Source: Pseudoalteromonas translucida KMM 520 (GTDB taxonomy: Bacteria; Pseudomonadota; Gammaproteobacteria; Enterobacterales; Alteromonadaceae). From it: 32,000 nucleotides of DNA. Every line of letters begins with the position of its first letter. Positions within the stretch are counted from its first letter, which is position 1. A program made the position numbers and the translations under genes. Below the pieces are notes generated by a model that saw nothing but the letters and a program-made list of their open reading frames with translations, searched no databases and was not told the DNA's origin. Positions 26,493 through 32,000 of this stretch are shown here, piece by piece. The DNA lies in NCBI RefSeq assembly GCF_001465295.1, contig NZ_CP011034.1, forward strand, positions 3,358,389-3,390,388, read 5' to 3'.

Positions 26493-27263
26493 GATCACAT
26501 GGCTTTTAATTGCCGCTTATAATAACTGAGTTTGTATAACAGTAAAGTTAAGAGTGCTTTTTTGTATAACTATTTTAGCTGTAAATTTAGCCTCACTTAC
26601 TTGTGATGTTTTAAGTTGTTGATTAAATAGGGTTTAACAAATAATCTTTAAATGTAATCTTCTGATCAAGTTGTTGATAACAGTGGGGAAAGCTCTGTTT
26701 AAAGCCGCTTTATTATTTATGATTGATCGCTAAGTTATTGATTTAAAGAATATGAAAATGCTTAAATTGACCTTATTAAGTAATAATATATACCCTGATC
26801 ATAATGTGGATAGAATGCCTGTTGATAAGTGCTATTTAGATCATAAAATAAATTTAAATTAGATCAAATAAAGCTGATCTTTTTATTAAATTAGCTAATT
26901 AACAGCAAATAGTTAGTTTTAGTGGCGGATCTGGGATATTTACTTGGTTAAATGCGAGAATTTAAGTCTCTATAAAAGGTAATAAAGGCTAATTGTGGAT
27001 AACTGATCTGACATTATTTATTTTCTCAGCGCAGATCATCATTAATTTTAGCTAACTTGGCCGACCAAAAATATAATTTACGCTTACTTGAGGTTGTGTT
27101 GCTCTACTCGATTTTATTAATATGCGTAATTTAGAGTCAATAAAAGCCTAAAACAGGCTGCTGTATTGAATGAATTATAAACATATATTGCTGCTCTTAA
27201 GCTTAATTAAGCCTGTTTTAATAGGGAGTATTGCCATAATAGCCACCGTAAAATTGATCCACA
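26493..27263. promoter_or_regulatory. Second DnaA-box / GATC / AT-rich 13-mer cluster (oriC-like module) in the ORF-free mioC-mnmE spacer. Function unknown.
   Basis: I counted 11 GATC sites by hand between 26493 and 27259.
- DnaA boxes: TGTTGATAA (26672-26680 and 26820-26828), TGTGGATAG (26805-26813), a perfect TGTGGATAA (26994-27002) and TGATCCACA (27255-27263).
- GATC-led AT-rich 13-mers start at 26839, 26862 and 26876 (GATCTTTTTATTA).
- The track has no ORF of 60 aa or more anywhere in 26483-27530. Confidence 0.5.
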
Positions 27264-27488
27264 GCAGTTAAAATAGCAGCTAAATTACAGTCTATTTTGT
27301 AAAAGCCAGACTAAATTAATGCTATAAATTAGCCATTTTATAGCTATTAAAGAGGCGTTATTTTTAGTTAAAACGGCATTAATTTGATGAATTAAGACCA
27401 GCCAGCTACTTACTAGGCATTAATATTAGTGCAAAAACAGCTGTTCTTAGAGAAGAAATAGGTAGTGAAAGCAGGGGATTATTGACAA

Positions 27489-27514
27489 TAAAAAAGAGCC
27501 TCTAGGGCTCTTTA
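27489..27514 (-). terminator. Rho-independent terminator downstream of mnmE.
   Basis: AGAGCC (27495-27500) / GGCTCT (27506-27511) hairpin extended by A/T pairs, with a T6 run on the minus strand, ~20 nt after the mnmE stop. Confidence 0.7.
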
Positions 27515-27530
27515 AAATATATTTGACAAC

Positions 27531-28895
27531 TTATTTGCCGATACAGAATGAACTAAATATTTTTCCAAGTAGGTCATCTGAGGTAAATTCGCCGGTAATT
27601 TCGTTTAGATATTGCTGGGTTAAACGTAATTCTTCGGCGAGTATTTCGCCCGCTATATGCATTTCTAACTGAGCTTTACCTGTATCTAAATGGTGCGCTG
27701 CATGCTCAAGCGCATCGAGGTGGCGACGACGTGCCATAAAGCCACCTTCTGTTGCGCCATCAAAACCAATACAGGCTTTTAAATGCTCGCGAACCAGCTC
27801 AATACCATCGGCATTTTTAGCACTTAAACTGATGACCGGGTATTGCTGGTTTTGCTCCATACCAACAATATCGCCCGATAAATCGGCTTTATTTCTGATC
27901 ACTGTAACCCCTAATCCAACGGGTAATTTAGCCATAAATTCTGGCCAAATTTTATGGGGATCAGTATCAACAGTGTCGGTGCCATCAAGCATAAACAGCA
28001 CTCGGTCGGCTTGGTTTATTTCATCCCATGCGCGCTCAATACCTATTTGTTCTACTAAATCAGGGCTTTCACGCAGGCCTGCTGTGTCAATAATATGCAG
28101 TGGCATGCCGTCTATATGTATATGTTCACGTAGTACGTCACGTGTAGTGCCGGCAATTTCGGTTACAATAGCGGCTTCACGCCCAGCAAGGGCATTTAAT
28201 AAGCTTGATTTACCCGCATTAGGGCGACCGGCAATAACAACCCGCATACCTTCGCGCATTATGCTGCCTTGCTTAGCTTGATCGGTTACTGTATTGAGCT
28301 GGGCAATAATGGCATCTAAATCGCCAGAAACTTTACCGTCAGATAAAAAATCAATTTCTTCATCTGGAAAATCAATTGCGGCTTCTACGTACATACGCAA
28401 GTGAATTACTTTTTCTACTAGGGTTTCTATGTGCTTTGAAAATTCACCCTGTAGCGATTGTAGGGCGCTTTTAGCTGCTTGCTCTGAGGTTGCATTAATT
28501 AAATCGGCAATGGCTTCTGCTTGAGTTAAATCAAGCTTGTCGTTCATAAATGCACGCTCAGAAAACTCACCTGGCTTTGCTAAACGAACACCGTCAATTT
28601 TGCTAATTTCTTTAAGTAACATGTCCAGTACTACTGGGCCACCGTGGCCTTGTAGTTCAAGTACATCTTCACCAGTAAATGAGTTAGGGCCGGCAAAGTA
28701 AATGGCAATACCTTGATCAAGTTGCTCGCCAGCAAGGCTTTTAAATGGCACATAATCGGCGTACCGAACTTTAGGTATTTTTCCTACCACTTTTTCAGCA
28801 ACGCTTTTAGCAAGGCTGCCTGAAACGCGAATAATACCAACACCACCACGTCCGGGGGCTGTTGCTTGTGCTGCAATTGTGTCTTGATTGAACAT
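27531..28895 (-). CDS. mnmE: tRNA modification GTPase MnmE (TrmE/ThdF).
   Basis: 454 aa with G1 [13 protein letters not shown]3 DTAGLR, G4 NKADL and the C-terminal CIGK motif. Confidence 0.98.
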   Translation of the reverse strand: MFNQDTIAAQATAPGRGGVGIIRVSGSLAKSVAEKVVGKIPKVRYADYVPFKSLAGEQLDQGIAIYFAGPNSFTGEDVLELQGHGGPVVLDMLLKEISKIDGVRLAKPGEFSERAFMNDKLDLTQAEAIADLINATSEQAAKSALQSLQGEFSKHIETLVEKVIHLRMYVEAAIDFPDEEIDFLSDGKVSGDLDAIIAQLNTVTDQAKQGSIMREGMRVVIAGRPNAGKSSLLNALAGREAAIVTEIAGTTRDVLREHIHIDGMPLHIIDTAGLRESPDLVEQIGIERAWDEINQADRVLFMLDGTDTVDTDPHKIWPEFMAKLPVGLGVTVIRNKADLSGDIVGMEQNQQYPVISLSAKNADGIELVREHLKACIGFDGATEGGFMARRRHLDALEHAAHHLDTGKAQLEMHIAGEILAEELRLTQQYLNEITGEFTSDDLLGKIFSSFCIGK

Positions 28896-28985
28896 GCTAT
28901 TAATTTGCCAACAATGAGTAACTTTATGGCGGTATTGTAACCTATGGATTTATTTGTAGCGAATAGCTGTGTTGAAAAACAGGCA

Positions 28986-29013
28986 ATAAAAAAGGCGACC
29001 TAAGTCGCCTTTA
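28986..29013 (-). terminator. Rho-independent terminator downstream of yidC.
   Basis: AAAGGCGAC-ctaa-GTCGCCTTT hairpin (28991-29012), followed by a T-run on the minus strand. Confidence 0.75.
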
Positions 29014-29030
29014 TATAAGTAGGAGCTTAA

Positions 29031-30665
29031 TTAGCCTCTTACTTTAATTCCTTTCTTTTCCATGCCACGGTAGATGATTAACATCTGGACAATAGAAATA
29101 AGGTTAGACACTAACCAGTAAAGAACTAAACCAGATGGGAACCATAAGAAGAATACAGAGAAGATAACCGGCATAAAGGTCATCATTTTTTGCTGCATTG
29201 GATCGGTAACCGTCATAGGTTGCAGTTTTTGCGTAATAAACATACTGGCACCAAATAATATTGGTAACACGTAGTATGGGTCTTTCGCAGAAAGGTCAGT
29301 TAGCCAAAAAATAAATTCAGCGTGGCGAAGTTCTGTTGATTCTAAGAACACGTAGAACAAGGCTAAGAAAATAGGCATTTGTAGCAAAATAGGGAAACAG
29401 CCACCCATAGGGTTCACTTTTTCTTTTTTGTACATTTCCATTGTGGCTTGGCCGAACTTTTGACGATCGTCACCAAATTTTTCTTTAAGCGCTGCCATTT
29501 TAGGCTGAAGGGCACGCATTTTAGCCATTGAGGTATATTGCGCTTTAGTCAGTGGGTACATTAACGATTTAACGATAATAGTAATGGCAATAATCGCCAC
29601 ACCCCAGTTACCTAAAATACTGTGTAACCATTTTAACAATACAAATAAAGGCTGTGAAATAAACCATAACCAACCGTAATCTACGGTTAAATCTAAATCA
29701 GGGTGAATAGCTTCAAGTACATCAGACTCTTTCGGGCCCATATAATAAGTAGCAGTAAGTGTTTGCTCACTACCAGCTTGAATATTAACCGCTTCGTCTT
29801 TAACACCAATGATGGCAGCATTACTCTTAGTAATTAAACTATAAAGTGTATTTGACTGATCCTGCATTGGAACCCAAGCACTTACAAAGTAATGTTGAAT
29901 AAACGCAACATAGCCACCAAGTGTAATTTTATTTAGATTTTTGTCAGCCATATCTGAAAAACTGTACTTTTCGTACGGGTCATCATCAGTACCGTATGCT
30001 GCACCTAAATAGTTTTGATCAACCATGCTGCCTTTTTCTTGTACAGTGCGCTTAACTTGTGTGTAAAGCTGTACTTGAAGTGGCGTGCTAGTGGTATTGT
30101 TGATTGTGTATTCTAAAGCAACATCATATTGACCTTTTTTGAATACATAGGTTTTTGTAAAGTTAACACCATTACTATCAGTAAACTGTAGCGGCACTCT
30201 AAGTTCATCACCCGTTAAAGTGTATGACTTTTGCTCTACGTGGTAAGTTGGGCGACCTTGTGCAGAAGCATCAGGACCATTTAAGCCAATTAAACCACTT
30301 TGTGAAAAGTATTGCTTACCATCAAACTCACCAAGCAGCATATAAGGTGTTTCACTGCCTTTAGTTTCTTCATATTGAAGTAAGTAAGTTTCAACTATAT
30401 CACCGCCTCGGGTATCAATTTTAACTTTGAAAACATCTGTTGTAATTTCAATTACAGAGCGTTTTGCTAAAGTTGCTGAAGCAGGTAACTCAGAGTCAGA
30501 TGAAGTTGGTACATAATCTTCTGATTCTGATGATGTTGGGTTTAATGTTTGTGTGGTGGCACTCGGATCGGCTTTTGGCGTGTTGTAATCAGTATTCCAT
30601 TCTTGAAATAATAAAAACGACACCAGCATCAGGCCAATGAATAAAAACGTGCGTTGCGATTCCAT
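29031..30665 (-). CDS. yidC: Membrane protein insertase YidC.
   Basis: 544 aa: an N-terminal TM segment, a large periplasmic domain, and the C-terminal conserved 5-TM core (GNWGVAIIAITIIVK...PLT..QY.SMAKMR.LQPK...). Confidence 0.98.
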   Translation of the reverse strand: MESQRTFLFIGLMLVSFLLFQEWNTDYNTPKADPSATTQTLNPTSSESEDYVPTSSDSELPASATLAKRSVIEITTDVFKVKIDTRGGDIVETYLLQYEETKGSETPYMLLGEFDGKQYFSQSGLIGLNGPDASAQGRPTYHVEQKSYTLTGDELRVPLQFTDSNGVNFTKTYVFKKGQYDVALEYTINNTTSTPLQVQLYTQVKRTVQEKGSMVDQNYLGAAYGTDDDPYEKYSFSDMADKNLNKITLGGYVAFIQHYFVSAWVPMQDQSNTLYSLITKSNAAIIGVKDEAVNIQAGSEQTLTATYYMGPKESDVLEAIHPDLDLTVDYGWLWFISQPLFVLLKWLHSILGNWGVAIIAITIIVKSLMYPLTKAQYTSMAKMRALQPKMAALKEKFGDDRQKFGQATMEMYKKEKVNPMGGCFPILLQMPIFLALFYVFLESTELRHAEFIFWLTDLSAKDPYYVLPILFGASMFITQKLQPMTVTDPMQQKMMTFMPVIFSVFFLWFPSGLVLYWLVSNLISIVQMLIIYRGMEKKGIKVRG

Positions 30666-30673
30666 AACAGCTC

Positions 30674-30949
30674 TTATTTCTCGTGTTGGTGGTTAATATG
30701 GGTTAATTTTTCAGGAACGGGGTCGTTCCCACCTGAATGTAAAGGATGGCATTTTAATATGCGTTTAACTGCTAACCAACTGCCTTTTACTGATCCATGC
30801 AAATTAATTGCTTGAATCGCGTAACTAGAGCACGTTGGATTAAAACGACAATGCGGACCTAATAGCGGGCTAATCCACTTTTGATAACCGCGGATAAATA
30901 AAACTAAACAATACGTTGGAAAAGCAACAAGTGGTTTAAGTAACCTCAT
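30674..30949 (-). CDS. yidD: Membrane protein insertion efficiency factor YidD.
   Basis: 91 aa with the conserved [32 protein letters not shown]...RILKCHP motif. Confidence 0.93.
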   Translation of the reverse strand: MRLLKPLVAFPTYCLVLFIRGYQKWISPLLGPHCRFNPTCSSYAIQAINLHGSVKGSWLAVKRILKCHPLHSGGNDPVPEKLTHINHQHEK

Positions 30950-31077
30950 GATATATATGCTCCTACGTAAGTTTAGTAAATAGATACCATGTATTTAAAG
31001 ACTCAATATGAGATTTTAAATGCATGATTAAAAGGTGAGCTAAAGATACCTTAATTAACCCTGTAATTCTATTGCTA

Positions 31078-31500
31078 TTAGGTCTGTTTATTTGATTTAA
31101 CTGATTTATTAGGGCGCTTTTTAAAAGGTGGTGGTTTGGGCGCACCCGGTTTGCAGCGCTCATTAATTTTACGCCACAACTTGGTCAGTTGTTTGGTTAA
31201 TTCTTCATTAGACTGCTCATCAATACCACTTTTAACCATAAGCACAATATCTATATTGTCGATGCTGTGTTTATTTAAACGAAAGCATTCGCGAGCTAAA
31301 CGTTTAATACGGTTACGTTGGCATGCCTTTTTAACTCGTTTTTTAGCAACAGTAAGTCCTAACCGAGGTTGATCTTGGTCATTAGGTTTAGCTAAAAGAG
31401 TAAAGAAAGGAGTTGCAGCCCGAGCGGGTTCATTAAATATGCGAGAGTAATGCGAGGGAGTTAACAGACGTAACTCCCTGCCAAAGTTAAAGTCTTCCAC
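31078..31500 (-). CDS. rnpA: Ribonuclease P protein component (RnpA) with a ~20-aa Lys/Pro-rich C-terminal extension.
   Basis: 140 aa with a GTG start. FGRELRLLTPSHYSRIF... and the RNR motif (KKACQRNRIKRLARECFR) are collinear with E. coli RnpA (~119 aa as I recall). The extra tail reads KPGAPKPPPFKKRPNKSVKSNKQT. Confidence 0.93.
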   Translation of the reverse strand: MEDFNFGRELRLLTPSHYSRIFNEPARAATPFFTLLAKPNDQDQPRLGLTVAKKRVKKACQRNRIKRLARECFRLNKHSIDNIDIVLMVKSGIDEQSNEELTKQLTKLWRKINERCKPGAPKPPPFKKRPNKSVKSNKQT

Positions 31501-31507
31501 TTATAAA

Positions 31508-31642
31508 TTAAGCAGAAAGAACTTTACGGCCTTTAGCGCGGCGACGAGCTAATACTTTACGGCCATTTACAGTTGCCATGCGAGCACGGAAACCGTGAGC
31601 ACGTTTGCGTTTTAAAACGCTTGGTTGAAAAGTTCTTTTCAT
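31508..31642 (-). CDS. rpmH: 50S ribosomal protein L34.
   Basis: Too short for the ORF track. My translation of the minus strand gives [44 protein letters not shown] (44 aa), a textbook L34. A GGAAGAG SD lies 6 nt upstream of the ATG. Confidence 0.97.
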
Positions 31643-31724
31643 AACAATCTCTTCCGATCGGTTAAAGTTAAAACATCCTATGCAGGTCGCGATCCTGGCA
31701 CAGGTGCCATTGCGAGCGCGAGAT

Positions 31725-31751
31725 ATTATAGATGAAGTGTATTAAAGTCAA
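31725..31751 (-). promoter_or_regulatory. Putative rpmH-rnpA promoter.
   Basis: Minus strand: TTGACT (31746-31751), a 15-nt spacer, TATAAT (31725-31730), then a GC-rich discriminator (ATCTCGCGCTCGC). The spacer is 1-2 nt shorter than optimal. Confidence 0.45.
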
Positions 31752-31789
31752 TCATAATTACGCACTACCCTTGGAGTATACCAGTTATT

Positions 31790-31940
31790 TAATGTAGATC
31801 ATAAAGAGTGATCTATTAGGATCATCATTAATAAGAAGTTTTCCACAGCCCCTGTATAAAAAGTGAATAAAAGCAGGGGAAAACTAAATTAGATCGCAGA
31901 TTTGTTTCGCGATCCAGAGCTAATTTTGTTATGATCTATG
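31790..31940 (+). promoter_or_regulatory. dnaA upstream regulatory region: GATC cluster plus a DnaA box.
   Basis: GATC sites at 31797, 31810, 31820, 31892, 31911 and 31933, plus 31656 and 31691 further left. DnaA-box TTTTCCACA at 31839-31847. The position, divergent from rpmH, matches the conserved rpmH/dnaA arrangement. The dnaA start codon itself is not identifiable before the window ends. Confidence 0.6.
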
Positions 31941-32000
31941 CTCAGGCTTTAAAATTAAACTTGTATTAAATCATTGTGTTAAGTGTTTTATACCGTGATA

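Noticed and set aside
26752-26862. ~36-codon ORF (MKMLKLTLLSNNIYPDHNVDRMPVDKCYLDHKINLN) in the mioC-mnmE spacer.
   Set aside because: It has no convincing Shine-Dalgarno, it overlaps the DnaA-box/GATC motifs, and it has AT-driven codon content. It is most likely non-coding.
31940-32000. Start of dnaA at the right edge of the window.
   Set aside because: No start codon followed by a DnaA-like N-terminus (MS..LW.QC...) can be read before the window ends. The last 60 nt contain stops in the candidate frames, so no CDS is called.

Overview
This window is core, origin-proximal chromosome from a moderately AT-rich marine gammaproteobacterium. The rRNA and the AtpD, AtpA and GlmS-type proteins look Alteromonadales or Pseudoalteromonas-like, but that is a judgement from memory, not a search. 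All genes but one lie on the minus strand.

Gene order, left to right:
- glmS (3' end off-window), a DeoR-family regulator, and a Maa-like acetyltransferase (the only + strand gene)
- cobU-cobS-cobT-cobC (cobalamin nucleotide-loop assembly)
- a degenerate 5S relic with repeated terminator modules
- a complete rrn operon (5S-23S-16S; tRNA-less spacer, tandem P1/P2 promoters, boxA elements, a 16S processing stem)
- glmU and the full atpCDGAHFEBI operon
- parB-parA, rsmG, mnmG, a canonical enterobacterial-type oriC, and mioC
- an unusual ~1 kb ORF-free AT-rich block rich in GATC and DnaA boxes
- mnmE, yidC, yidD, rnpA, rpmH, and the GATC-rich rpmH/dnaA divergent control region (dnaA itself is not callable in the window)

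I found no mobile elements, CRISPR arrays, defence or toxin systems, or obviously foreign DNA, so I do not claim a novel protein system. The observations worth a second look are non-coding:
- a second oriC-like DnaA-box/GATC/13-mer module on the far side of mioC
- a disrupted 5S rRNA copy with tandemly repeated terminator modules between the rrn operon and the cob operon
- disruption of the usual atp-glmU-glmS synteny by rrn, cob and deoR genes
- a perfect inverted repeat upstream of the DeoR-glmS unit

Many listed ORFs start at GTG or TTG in the supplied track. Where an ATG with a better Shine-Dalgarno exists I give the adjusted start.
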